DNA from: a virus | IMG/VR virus record: IMGVR_UViG_3300029319_000006 | Span: 64,001 to 128,000 of that record | DNA length: 64,000 bases | Strand: one strand, 5' to 3' | Shown here: piece after piece, positions 48,473 through 57,879 of the stretch | How positions within the stretch are numbered: the first letter of the stretch is position 1 | How the letters are laid out: every line of letters starts with the position of its first letter | The notes under the pieces: generated by a model | Seen by the model: only the letters and a program-made list of their open reading frames with translations | Told to the model about the DNA's origin: nothing | Database searches by the model: none | Made by a program: the position numbers and the translations under genes

Positions 48473-49195
48473 ATGTTATTTAAAACTATAATGATAAGAG
48501 TAAAAAATGATATAATTTCTGAATCTTATGCTGAATATTGTAAACAATCTTGGGAGTTTGCAAATATAAGATTTTATGATGCAGTTACTCCATCTCAAGT
48601 ACATTTACAAGATGGTAAATTAAAATTTGGAAGAAAAAACAATAAAGATTTAACTCCTACAGAAAAGGCATGTTTTTATAGTCAGTACAATTTATGGAAA
48701 AAGTGTGCTAAAGAAAGAATACCTATATTAGTGTTGGAACATGATGCATATTGTACTAATAGATCTGCAATTGAATTTAATCCTAATTTAGGTGTTCAGT
48801 TTTTTGGTCAACATGCTATGGAAGCTGTAATGTATCATCCAGATTTTTGTAATATAATAGTAGAACATTGTCAAGGTGATCATTGGGTTACAGGACCAAT
48901 GAAATTAGTAGATGCATTGTTAGGATATTTCAATCCTGGAGCTCAAAGTAGATATGGAATTCCTCATGCAAGATATCAAGGAAGATTGGCACCAGTTAAA
49001 TCTTGTATTGATGAGAGATATGGTACAACAGTAAAACATTTTAATGGTTCTACTACAGCAGATAGAGTAAAAGGAGCAGATAGAGAATTATTTAAAATGA
49101 TTGATCTTAGACCAACTAAAAGAAAAATGGAATTACGTTTAAGAGATGCAAAATTAGTAATTCCTTCTGAGCAGGAAGTAGTAACAGAAGATTAA
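48473..49195 (+). CDS. GT25-like glycosyltransferase
   Basis: FYDAVTP...TEKACFYSQYNLWKKC...PILVLEHDA. Confidence 0.7.
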   Translation: MLFKTIMIRVKNDIISESYAEYCKQSWEFANIRFYDAVTPSQVHLQDGKLKFGRKNNKDLTPTEKACFYSQYNLWKKCAKERIPILVLEHDAYCTNRSAIEFNPNLGVQFFGQHAMEAVMYHPDFCNIIVEHCQGDHWVTGPMKLVDALLGYFNPGAQSRYGIPHARYQGRLAPVKSCIDERYGTTVKHFNGSTTADRVKGADRELFKMIDLRPTKRKMELRLRDAKLVIPSEQEVVTED

Positions 49196-49797
49196 TAATA
49201 ATATCCTATAACCATAAATCTTGTATAATTTTCCATTTTCATACTATCTTGATATAAAATATCAGTAATATTATTTTTTAAAGCTAACTCTTCTGTAGAT
49301 TCAACTAAATTAATATGTCCTTTTACCCCTTCATAATCATTTGATTGTAGTGCATATGTAGGTCCATAATCAGCAGAAATATCTTTCATGTGTTCACAGC
49401 TACAATTAATAACCAAGTCATAATTACTATGAGGTTCTGAATAATCTAATGCATCACATTGTATACTATTATAATTTTTTTCCATATTATTAATATCAAA
49501 ATACAAATCTCTTTGTTTGTGAACTATTGGATTAATATCAACAAAATCATACCAACCAACATTACAATTGTATTTCATTAATTCATAAAGAAGAATAGAA
49601 TTCCAACTTCCAAGAACTAATACATTATCCCATTTTGTTCCAAATTTAGATATTTCTTCAACTAACCAAGATTTACATTTTATTTGATTAGGTCTAAAAC
49701 TTTCTGCAAATTGTTTATCTAATTTTTTAGACATAAACATTTGAAAAGATATTTCAGTTACTTTTCCTAGTATATCAAACCCTGGATTTTGAAGCAT
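49192..49797 (-). CDS. SAM-dependent methyltransferase-like protein; start probably 49797
   Basis: K.WL, VLVLGSW, FVDIN, DLVINCSCEHM, ALQSNDY, RFMVIG; TAATG overlap with the guaC stop. Confidence 0.55.
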   Translation of the reverse strand: MLQNPGFDILGKVTEISFQMFMSKKLDKQFAESFRPNQIKCKSWLVEEISKFGTKWDNVLVLGSWNSILLYELMKYNCNVGWYDFVDINPIVHKQRDLYFDINNMEKNYNSIQCDALDYSEPHSNYDLVINCSCEHMKDISADYGPTYALQSNDYEGVKGHINLVESTEELALKNNITDILYQDSMKMENYTRFMVIGYYY

Positions 49798-50966
49798 TAA
49801 GTAAATACCGTATTGTACTGTTGAGTACATCTAATAAATGTGGTGCACTTACTCAATTGTTTTAATTTGTTAGCTCCAACATATGTACATGTAGATCTTA
49901 CTCCACCAAGTATTTCTTGTATAGTAGATTCTACTCCACCTTTATATGGTACCATTACTTCTCTTCCTTCAGCAGCTCTGTAATCTTTCAATCCTCCAAA
50001 GTGTTTGTCATTTGCAGCTTGACTACTCATTCCATAAAATAGAACTTGTTTTTCAATTCTGTGAATTCTGTTTATAGAACCACCATGATGTAACATTGTT
50101 CTATGAGATCCTTCATCTAATATTTCACTAGTAATATATTCTTTTTGTACAATATTTCCACCACCTTCATCATGTCCTGCAAGCATACCACCTAACATTA
50201 CAAAATCTGCTCCTCCAGCAAATGCTTTAGCAATGTCACCTGGGCATGTACAGCCTCCATCAGCAATGATATGTCCACCAAGGCCATGAGCAGCATCAGC
50301 ACACTCCATAATAGCACTAAGCTGAGGATAACCAACACCAGTTTGAATACGAGTAGTGCAAACGCTCCCAGGACCGATCCCAACTTTAACAATATCTGCT
50401 CCACTTAAAATCAACTCCTCTGTCATTTCACCAGTTACTACATTTCCAGCAATAATAACTATATTAGGATAATTAAACCTAAATTTCTTTACAAAGTCAA
50501 CAAATCTTTCACTATAACCATTAGCAACATCAATACAAACATATTTTAATAATCTATTACATTGTTCATATACTTTACGAAACTTTTCATGGTCTTGGTC
50601 AGTTATTCCAATACTCATAGCAACATAATCTGCACGTAAACCAATAGGAACTTTATCAGTTCCTTCATGGTCAAAATAATCTACTAATTGTTGTACTGTA
50701 TAAGTTTTTACTAAACAAGTCATAATTCTTTGTTTAGCTAATGTGTCAGCCATTGTCATAGTACCAACACCATCCATATTACTAGCTATAATAGGAATGC
50801 CTCTATAATGTTTATCTTCTTGAAATTTAGGATGACCACTATACTCATAGTTCCGAAAAGTAAATCCACGAGAAAGTTCTATTTCTTTTCTACTTCCTAG
50901 AGTACTTCTTTTAGGACGGATTAATACATCCTTGAAGTCTAACTTCACATCTTGTTCTATTCTCAT
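49797..50966 (-). CDS. guaC: GMP reductase
   Basis: [72 protein letters not shown]. Confidence 0.95.
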   Translation of the reverse strand: MRIEQDVKLDFKDVLIRPKRSTLGSRKEIELSRGFTFRNYEYSGHPKFQEDKHYRGIPIIASNMDGVGTMTMADTLAKQRIMTCLVKTYTVQQLVDYFDHEGTDKVPIGLRADYVAMSIGITDQDHEKFRKVYEQCNRLLKYVCIDVANGYSERFVDFVKKFRFNYPNIVIIAGNVVTGEMTEELILSGADIVKVGIGPGSVCTTRIQTGVGYPQLSAIMECADAAHGLGGHIIADGGCTCPGDIAKAFAGGADFVMLGGMLAGHDEGGGNIVQKEYITSEILDEGSHRTMLHHGGSINRIHRIEKQVLFYGMSSQAANDKHFGGLKDYRAAEGREVMVPYKGGVESTIQEILGGVRSTCTYVGANKLKQLSKCTTFIRCTQQYNTVFT

Positions 50967-51271
50967 TATACACCAAAACTCTCACCACATCCGCAACTTG
51001 CTGTTGCATTAGGATTAATCACTTTTAAATAAGATCCACCAAGTTCTTTAACATAATCAATTGTACATCCAAAAACAAACATTTCTGCCATTGGGTCTAA
51101 CCACAAATTCTCTACTGTTGGTTCCTTATCTGTTATTCCCCATTCGTATTGGAAACCAGCACAGCCTCCACCTCTAACCGAAAGTGATACATTTGGTTTT
51201 CCAACAGATTGTAAATACTCTTTTGCTGAGTCTGTCAGCTTAAGAGGTATTTTCAGGGTAGTGCCTTGCAA
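50966..51271 (-). CDS. iscA: A-type Fe-S carrier (IscA/HesB family)
   Basis: GGGCAGFQY...[14 protein letters not shown]. Confidence 0.9.
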   Translation of the reverse strand: MQGTTLKIPLKLTDSAKEYLQSVGKPNVSLSVRGGGCAGFQYEWGITDKEPTVENLWLDPMAEMFVFGCTIDYVKELGGSYLKVINPNATASCGCGESFGV

Positions 51272-51467
51272 TGGTTTCTATTATCTCCTGGTGTTTAGCT
51301 ATCTCACATATCTCTTTTTCTAAAGATTCAACAACACAACTATGTTCACCTATTCCGGCTGGAGCAGAAAGATAAATTTCTACATTTGCTTTATGCACTT
51401 CTATCATACCTTGAGCTTTTGCAATTATTGCGTCCAGCATCATTTTTCTTTTCTCGCTGAGGTTCAT
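51240..51467 (-). CDS. Conserved hypothetical protein
   Basis: HKANVEIYL..P.GIGEH motif; AGGAG ribosome binding site. Confidence 0.65.
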   Translation of the reverse strand: MNLSEKRKMMLDAIIAKAQGMIEVHKANVEIYLSAPAGIGEHSCVVESLEKEICEIAKHQEIIETIARHYPENTS

Positions 51468-51572
51468 TTTTTCTCCTATTTTTCACATCAGTTTTGTCAA
51501 TTGGTTCAACTTTTCTTGTATTTGTTACGTAATAATTATTAGGTGATATTTGATAAACATTTATCATAGTTG

Positions 51573-51580
51573 TATTTATA
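51573..51580 (-). promoter_or_regulatory. T4-type late promoter TATAAATA
   Basis: Exact match overlapping the upstream stop codon. Confidence 0.55.
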
Positions 51581-51872
51581 CCATTCTTAATTGTTTTACT
51601 GCACCCTCAACTCTTGGTGGATATCTTCCTAAAAATGTTCCTGCTTTTAAAGCATCTCTTACAATATGTTGTTTATGTATATGATCTATAATATCCCAAT
51701 TTTCATCTATTTTTCTAGCTAATCTATCAAACAATGCATCACTTAATATTGGATTATCTTCTTCATAGTACGCATAAGCTGCCATAAGATACCATGGTAT
51801 AGTCATATTAACATTATTATCAACTTTATCTAAACATTCCTTATCGTACAATTTGTTCTCCTCTTTCGGCAT
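51576..51872 (-). CDS. Stand-alone NAD-dependent ligase domain Ia-like protein
   Basis: AYYEEDNPILSDALFDRL matches the LigA domain Ia pattern YY..D.P.I.D..YD.L. Confidence 0.6.
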   Translation of the reverse strand: MPKEENKLYDKECLDKVDNNVNMTIPWYLMAAYAYYEEDNPILSDALFDRLARKIDENWDIIDHIHKQHIVRDALKAGTFLGRYPPRVEGAVKQLRMV

Positions 51873-52227
51873 AAAAAGCCTCCGTTAATTCTTTTTCTAT
51901 TCTATACGCTTCCTGTTCAAATGGTCTTTCATAATATGGTAAATCGGTACTCATATCTACCTTTCTCAGATATTGATTCACATGAACTAATTCATGGAAT
52001 AAAGTTGTAATGATTTCTAGTGGGGAGAGAGAACCGTCGAATCTGATCGTAAAATCACGATCATCTTCATGCATGCAATCGCCATTGACTCCTTGGTTAC
52101 GTATTCTAATAATATTTATAAAAATATTTTTATGTCTAGGAAATAAAGATTTACTACCAAATAATAATACATCTGATATAAGATCTTGTAATTTTTTAGT
52201 TCTTATATTTTCAAAACTAATTAACAT
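51841..52227 (-). CDS. Zincin-like metallopeptidase domain protein
   Basis: TLFHELVHVNQY (HExxH)...PFEQEAY. Confidence 0.7.
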   Translation of the reverse strand: MLISFENIRTKKLQDLISDVLLFGSKSLFPRHKNIFINIIRIRNQGVNGDCMHEDDRDFTIRFDGSLSPLEIITTLFHELVHVNQYLRKVDMSTDLPYYERPFEQEAYRIEKELTEAFYAERGEQIVR

Positions 52228-52232
52228 ACTTA

Positions 52233-52270
52233 CTTATCGCATATTAAAACACAAAAGTCAACAGTTAATT
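52233..52270 (-). promoter_or_regulatory. Early promoter AATTAACTG-TTGACT-N17-GATAAG
   Basis: Copy of the repeated motif; the -10 element ends 5 nt before the ATG at 52227. Confidence 0.75.
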
Positions 52271-52891
52271 TTTAGTTCTTATTTCTACATTTTTTCCGAC
52301 AGGAAATTTTATCTGGTTATGAGGATGATATAGTATCCACTGAACATTTTGAAACTCATTGAATATTCCTTGCCAGATTGGTCTCCATCTATCATTAAGT
52401 CTAACATTATTAGTAGCACCTCGATCAGAGTTCAATACAAAGTCTGTATAACTTCTCAGATTCATATCAAACAAACTATCGAATCCGTACATATGAATTT
52501 CATCACATTTTAATTTATTAGCTGTATAATGAGCAGCCATATGTCCACAATTAAAGTTAGTATATCCTTGACCTACTTGTCCTTCTTCACCTGGCATTCT
52601 TGCATATGGAGGTAACACAGTATAAAATTCTTTAATTTTATGACCAAATCTCATTTTAAAATTACCTTGATTTTGATCATACCAAACTTTAGGTCTATAT
52701 CCTAGAGTCCAATCATATTGAATTTGTACACTTCCCTCAGTTAATGCATTACACATTTTAAAATCTACTATACATGAAGTATAAAAATTTAAATGAAAAG
52801 GAGGTTGATTACACGCTATATGTAAACCTCTAGCTGGTTTATACATTGCAACTTGATCACCATTACCAATAATATGTGCTACTTTACTCAT
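52265..52891 (-). CDS. Putative Maf/sialyltransferase-like transferase
   Basis: AHIIGNG...ACN...VD...NCGHMA...IHMYGFDS pattern; end of the glycan cluster. Confidence 0.45.
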   Translation of the reverse strand: MSKVAHIIGNGDQVAMYKPARGLHIACNQPPFHLNFYTSCIVDFKMCNALTEGSVQIQYDWTLGYRPKVWYDQNQGNFKMRFGHKIKEFYTVLPPYARMPGEEGQVGQGYTNFNCGHMAAHYTANKLKCDEIHMYGFDSLFDMNLRSYTDFVLNSDRGATNNVRLNDRWRPIWQGIFNEFQNVQWILYHPHNQIKFPVGKNVEIRTKN

Positions 52892-53579
52892 TATGCCAAT
52901 ATTCTTTTATCCATTGTTGGGGTTCATATGTAGCCATTGGTGTTACTATAGTTTCTGTCATAGCTTGTATAATACTTGGTCTGCCATGAAAACAAATTAT
53001 AGACACATTCTCTTTAGGAGGTCTTGGATACACATTGTACTTATATGATTTTAATTTACCTGGATATTTGTTTTGAAGTAATGTTCTATTATAAGGATTC
53101 ATTTTACTACTAAGGTATTCTCCATCACCTCTAAATCTATCAATAACATGATCATATCCTAATACAAATTCATTCCAAAGATAATTGTTAGGATTAAAGT
53201 CCCAAGACATTACTCCTGTTTGTAACACTCCTTTTAAATGAGGTTGATGAGCATTAACTGCTCCAACATCTTCTATACCCATAAACCAACTATCATCTGT
53301 TAATAACCAATCTAGGTTTCCTGTAATCAAAGTATCTAAATCCAAATACACCATTCTTTCAGAAGTTTTTTGAGCAGGATCAAACATTTGTAATTTATTC
53401 CACCAACCTTCATATCCAGGTCTAAGAACTTTTACATCTATTCCACTTATTGCTTTATCACTATAACATACAAAATTATGATCTATTGTAGTGTTTCGTT
53501 TGACTGCAGCTTTTAAATTATAAACATAATCAATTGGAAATTTATTTCCCCAATAAACACATGCTACTGTTGGTTTCAT
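52884..53579 (-). CDS. Glycosyltransferase, GT-A fold
   Basis: CVYWGNKF..DYV..L, GWWNKLQMF, YLDLDTLI, GDGEY, SYK, ICFHGRP. Confidence 0.8.
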   Translation of the reverse strand: MKPTVACVYWGNKFPIDYVYNLKAAVKRNTTIDHNFVCYSDKAISGIDVKVLRPGYEGWWNKLQMFDPAQKTSERMVYLDLDTLITGNLDWLLTDDSWFMGIEDVGAVNAHQPHLKGVLQTGVMSWDFNPNNYLWNEFVLGYDHVIDRFRGDGEYLSSKMNPYNRTLLQNKYPGKLKSYKYNVYPRPPKENVSIICFHGRPSIIQAMTETIVTPMATYEPQQWIKEYWHNE

Positions 53580-54097
53580 TTTTTATCCTCCATAATTAAA
53601 GATACAATATCAATATCAATTGGTTTAGGTCTTGTATATTTTAAATCTATTATAGTACCAGCTCCTAAAACCTTAGCTCCTGTTTGTTGTATCAAAGATT
53701 TAGTAGCCATAATACTTCCGCCTGTTGCTACTAAATCATCTATAATTATACACCTACTTGTGTGTCCTAACAACCCTTTTTGTAATGTTAATTCTGATTG
53801 ACCATATTCTAAATTATATTTTTGATATAGTAACTTACCTGGATAAGCTGAGTTTGGTTTTCGGACCATTAAAAATGGAATATCTTTTATCATAGATAAT
53901 GCACTACCAACAACAAAACCTCTACTTTCAATACCAACTATATGAGTTGGTCCTTTAAATTTTTTTACTTTTTTAGCTAATTGGTAAATGCTATATCTGA
54001 ATGCACCACTACTAAACAAACTATTCATATCATAAAAATTTACACCTTTGACAGGATAGTTAGGTATAGTTCTAATATAATCTAATATTAGTTTCAT
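53576..54097 (-). CDS. apt: Adenine phosphoribosyltransferase
   Basis: IRTIPNYP.KGV.FYD, GIESRGF, VRK...PG, Y.LEYG, IIDDLVATGGS PRPP motif. Confidence 0.88.
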   Translation of the reverse strand: MKLILDYIRTIPNYPVKGVNFYDMNSLFSSGAFRYSIYQLAKKVKKFKGPTHIVGIESRGFVVGSALSMIKDIPFLMVRKPNSAYPGKLLYQKYNLEYGQSELTLQKGLLGHTSRCIIIDDLVATGGSIMATKSLIQQTGAKVLGAGTIIDLKYTRPKPIDIDIVSLIMEDKK

Positions 54098-54741
54098 ACT
54101 TCCTCAATAATATAATTTTCATTATACATATGTTTTGCTAGACAACCATACTGTCTTTGAATAGTAGAAAAATTTTCTTTTACTTCTACAGGCCATGGAT
54201 AATATTCTTCTAACCAAGGAAATGTTTGTAAGTTTAAAAATATATCTGTAGGAGCTCCTCTAGTAATTCCTGTTTCTACCATTATTTTAGCTGCATTAGG
54301 TTTGACTCTATATGCATGAGCACCTGGAAAATATGGTTTAGATACAAGTCTATTTCTTCCTAAAGCCATAGGAGTGTTAAATTTACCATATGATGGTTTT
54401 CCAAAAGATATACAACCATTGTGTTCAATTGAAGGGATATTTTCCATTATAACTGCATCATGTTCAAATATAGTAACTTCTTCTCCAGATTCCATACTAT
54501 ACATCCATAAAGATAAATGAGAACAAAAAGCTGCCATAGCATTATGTTCTCTTGAATATTGACTATTATTAAATTGTTCTGTGTTTATTTTATGTTCAGA
54601 AATAAAATCAAAACATGTATGAGGGGTGAATGCTTGATAATAATCTATTTCCAAACCAAACTTTTTTCCAGACTCTACACATCTATCAGCAGCTTGATGA
54701 GATTTATCATTATCAATTATAGTTATAACAAAGTGTTTCAT
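54094..54741 (-). CDS. GT25-like glycosyltransferase
   Basis: AFTP...AAFCSHLSLW...IFEHDA...GAHAY.V.P..A. Confidence 0.75.
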   Translation of the reverse strand: MKHFVITIIDNDKSHQAADRCVESGKKFGLEIDYYQAFTPHTCFDFISEHKINTEQFNNSQYSREHNAMAAFCSHLSLWMYSMESGEEVTIFEHDAVIMENIPSIEHNGCISFGKPSYGKFNTPMALGRNRLVSKPYFPGAHAYRVKPNAAKIMVETGITRGAPTDIFLNLQTFPWLEEYYPWPVEVKENFSTIQRQYGCLAKHMYNENYIIEEV

Positions 54742-54743
54742 AA

Positions 54744-55868
54744 TTATCCTTGGGTAGTAGAAGCAACTCCTTGTAATGTTGTGTAGTATGGATAAACTAC
54801 TCTCATTAAATGTCCACCCATCAATTGTTTACACATAAGAGCATCATTTGGCCACAATCCAACATCATCAATTATTTCAAATAATTTTCTAGCAGGACCT
54901 GGGTTCATTAAATATGCTGAATTACCAGCTAAACCTTGTGGTACAGATTTATCATCCACCCAAGGTACTTCTCTATAAAAATGCTTAGGTTTGTTTTCTC
55001 CTGTTACACCATTTTGTAACATATTCATAGCATTATCTAAAGAGCTATTCATATTAGGATTAAAAAGTTTCTTGTCAATTTGACTAGAAGCTATTTTTTC
55101 TCCTTGACTGTTGTGATGTACTCGTTTCATTAAATTAGCTTCTACTATTTCATCACCTACAACACTAGGTGAAAAAGCTCCACCCCAGCCATCAGGTATG
55201 ATTTTATTATCTGCTATACTATTACCAGAATTAAGAACTTTTTCATAGTATAAGTGTGCCTTTCGTGTTGCTCCTAATGGATTATTCAACCCTATAACAC
55301 AATTTCTTTTTTCCCAACCAGGTGGCATTTCTTGATAATCAAATTTTCTTGTAAAAATAGCATCATGTTCCAATACCATAATTGGTGTGTTTATCATTAA
55401 ACAGAATCTCCATACATTCATATGAGATAACAAACATGCAACTACTTTTTTTTGATCTTTTGCGCCATAAGCATGAACTTTCAAACCAGATCTTAAATCT
55501 ATTTTCTGTGTCCCTGGTTTTACAGGCCATGTCCAATCAGTAATTTTTTTACTAAAACTTTGTAATGCAGGTTGTAAAGTTTCAGGAGTAACAGCTGGAA
55601 TAATAAAAGGAGACAACTTAGAATTAGTAGCTTGTATTGATCTAATACATTTACGAGCAGCTGCAATACTATTTGTATTGTTTATGTCTGTAATGATACC
55701 AGCACATATTTCAGATTGAATTCTTCCATCTTGTGGACTAAGTCTTTCAAATTCAGGTACTAGATTTTTTTTAAATTGTTCTACAGTTTCAGCTTTTGAT
55801 AAATTCTCACTTCGTCGAATTTTATCTTCATTTTCTCTAGCTGTTGCACCTTTTGTAACATCTACCAT
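54744..55868 (-). CDS. GT25-like glycosyltransferase with insertion
   Basis: AVTP...ACLLSHMNVW...PIMVLEHDA...GLAGNSAYLMNP...WPNDA. Confidence 0.75.
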   Translation of the reverse strand: MVDVTKGATARENEDKIRRSENLSKAETVEQFKKNLVPEFERLSPQDGRIQSEICAGIITDINNTNSIAAARKCIRSIQATNSKLSPFIIPAVTPETLQPALQSFSKKITDWTWPVKPGTQKIDLRSGLKVHAYGAKDQKKVVACLLSHMNVWRFCLMINTPIMVLEHDAIFTRKFDYQEMPPGWEKRNCVIGLNNPLGATRKAHLYYEKVLNSGNSIADNKIIPDGWGGAFSPSVVGDEIVEANLMKRVHHNSQGEKIASSQIDKKLFNPNMNSSLDNAMNMLQNGVTGENKPKHFYREVPWVDDKSVPQGLAGNSAYLMNPGPARKLFEIIDDVGLWPNDALMCKQLMGGHLMRVVYPYYTTLQGVASTTQG

Positions 55869-55886
55869 AAGTTTTCCTTTTTATTG

Positions 55887-55894
55887 TATTTATG
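55887..55894 (-). promoter_or_regulatory. Late promoter variant CATAAATA
   Basis: NATAAATA 19 nt upstream of the 55868 start. Confidence 0.4.
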
Positions 55895-56603
55895 GTTCTA
55901 TTAATCCACGTTCTACAAGTTCCTCATAATTTTTCATCTTTGCTCCATATACTCCTTGTGAATCATCATAAGGTTTTTTTCTTATGTGAATCATATAACA
56001 ATTTTCTACATTAGGTAAGTAATGACTATAACACCATTTTTCATCTAAACATTTATCGTATATACTATAACCTAAATTTCCATGTACGGCAAGCATATGC
56101 ATAATACCTTCTTCAACATATGGATGTGGACTTATTTGTCTCATCATTGCTCGAGTTACTGGATTAATTTGAGCTCTAAATGCTTGTCTTACTTCTCTTG
56201 GTAATACATAACAAGCTCCAGACCATAATTGAACATCTCGACTAGTAAAACCTGGAAACAGTTGAACAAAGGCTGGATGTTGTCTATTTTTATGAACATC
56301 ATCATAACATGCAACTCCTTTAGCTTCAAATACATTTTCTGTCATCCCTTTACGAACAAACATATCTGAGTCTAACATAACAACAGTATCATATTCATCA
56401 TATTCTTCATTAAGCATAGCAAGTTTTTGACATTGCATTCGAAGATCTTCCATAAATGGTTTACCATCTAATAGTTTATATTCCGCACCTAAACTTTTTG
56501 CATACCTTTCTATATTAGCTACACTTTTTTCTACAATCGGATGTGAATTTTGACCCAAGTATTTTTCATGTGGTTGAAAATGTTGAAGAATAATATTTTT
56601 CAT
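55890..56603 (-). CDS. Glycosyltransferase, GT-A fold
   Basis: YAKSLGAEY..L, QKL, YDTVVMLDSDMF, IH. Confidence 0.7.
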   Translation of the reverse strand: MKNIILQHFQPHEKYLGQNSHPIVEKSVANIERYAKSLGAEYKLLDGKPFMEDLRMQCQKLAMLNEEYDEYDTVVMLDSDMFVRKGMTENVFEAKGVACYDDVHKNRQHPAFVQLFPGFTSRDVQLWSGACYVLPREVRQAFRAQINPVTRAMMRQISPHPYVEEGIMHMLAVHGNLGYSIYDKCLDEKWCYSHYLPNVENCYMIHIRKKPYDDSQGVYGAKMKNYEELVERGLIEP

Positions 56604-57283
56604 AATATTTCTAATCCATATATTTCTCTTACTACTTGAGGTATATTATTTTTTCTTGCATTACAAAAGTGTAAAAGAGTAGCATCTTTATGAGCCTCTT
56701 CAGGTAAATCACAAAATCTATCATGTGGTAATTGTAATTCCTTATGATCTTTTAATATTCCAGTTATATGAAATAGATGGTGAGTCAATATCTCATCATT
56801 AGGTGGTAATCCATCAGAAGATTTGTTATTATCTATTATATCCTTTTTTAGAGCTTTTCTCAACTCTTTTCTGTATTCTTTTTTTAATTTTACACAATTA
56901 CCAAAGAACATAGGTTGACCTTTATGATATAAGGTAGGCCATTTTCTACCATTTTTACTAGCATCTACTTTAGACATACCTTTTAAATGTAATCTACCAA
57001 TACCTTCATAATTAAATATATTATCTATATTCTTTGTAGCAATCATATCCATATCTAATAATAACACATCATCATATGAATCAAATTTTTGACTAAGTAC
57101 ATATAATTTTTGTAGTATTAACCAAGGCTTTTCTTGTTTCTGTTTTACCATATCCATCATTGGATAATCTTTTAGTAAAAGATATTCACTATTAATTGAT
57201 TTAGCATATTTCCTTATAGTTTGTTCTGCCATTGATGTCCATTGAGGAAAATCACCACACCAATGTTGTACAATTAAATTCAT
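56600..57283 (-). CDS. Glycosyltransferase, GT-A fold (paralog of neighbour)
   Basis: YAKSINSEY.LL, QKL, YDDVLLLDMDM, LLHF. Confidence 0.7.
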   Translation of the reverse strand: MNLIVQHWCGDFPQWTSMAEQTIRKYAKSINSEYLLLKDYPMMDMVKQKQEKPWLILQKLYVLSQKFDSYDDVLLLDMDMIATKNIDNIFNYEGIGRLHLKGMSKVDASKNGRKWPTLYHKGQPMFFGNCVKLKKEYRKELRKALKKDIIDNNKSSDGLPPNDEILTHHLFHITGILKDHKELQLPHDRFCDLPEEAHKDATLLHFCNARKNNIPQVVREIYGLEIL

Positions 57284-57879
57284 CTTGAAAACACCATCAC
57301 ATATCCTCCATGTCTTGCAAGACCTGGACCTTTGCAGATTGTATCTTTTAACTTAAATCCATATAATTTAATTATATCTGTAATTTCTGATCCTACAGCA
57401 TTTAAAGGATCTTGTTGAGTAACACCTTTCATATTCTGATAATCAGACCATTCTATAGCTAATATACCAAACTCTGAAACTTGATTACACCATGTCTGTA
57501 ACGTAAGTTTTACATCATTAGTATGATCTAATGAATTAGAATAAACAATATCATGCTGGCCAATCCATTCATCTTTTTGTTTATTAAAATCCCAAACTTC
57601 TGTCATAGGAGCATACTTAGCTTTTTCACAAATCTCTGTACCAACAATCTCACATTCTGGTAAATAAAAATTAAAATGTCTTTGTTCTTCTCCACTTCTT
57701 GTTCCATGACATAAGACACTTGATATATTAATATTATTTTGTTTTGTATATTCAACTATTTTTTCAATAGTAGCTTGTCTAACATAAACTGTTCTATTAT
57801 ATTTGAAATCTGTAGTCTTTTTTTGAGAATTTATATAATCATTATAATCTTGATATTCATAACTTTTCATAATTTCCAT
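57280..57879 (-). CDS. SAM-dependent methyltransferase
   Basis: VLCHGTRSGEE, VGTEI, WDFN, DIVYSNSLDH. Confidence 0.7.
   Translation of the reverse strand: MEIMKSYEYQDYNDYINSQKKTTDFKYNRTVYVRQATIEKIVEYTKQNNINISSVLCHGTRSGEEQRHFNFYLPECEIVGTEICEKAKYAPMTEVWDFNKQKDEWIGQHDIVYSNSLDHTNDVKLTLQTWCNQVSEFGILAIEWSDYQNMKGVTQQDPLNAVGSEITDIIKLYGFKLKDTICKGPGLARHGGYVMVFSR

Noticed and set aside
51391-51567. Roughly 58-aa ORF just downstream of the 51573 late promoter
   Set aside because: It overlaps the next conserved gene substantially and has no ribosome binding site or motif.
46411-52270. Repeated 18-mer as a CRISPR repeat, att site or CtrA box
   Set aside because: The copies are dispersed, each aligned with -35/-10 spacing, and do not fit TTAA-N7-TTAA; promoters explain them.
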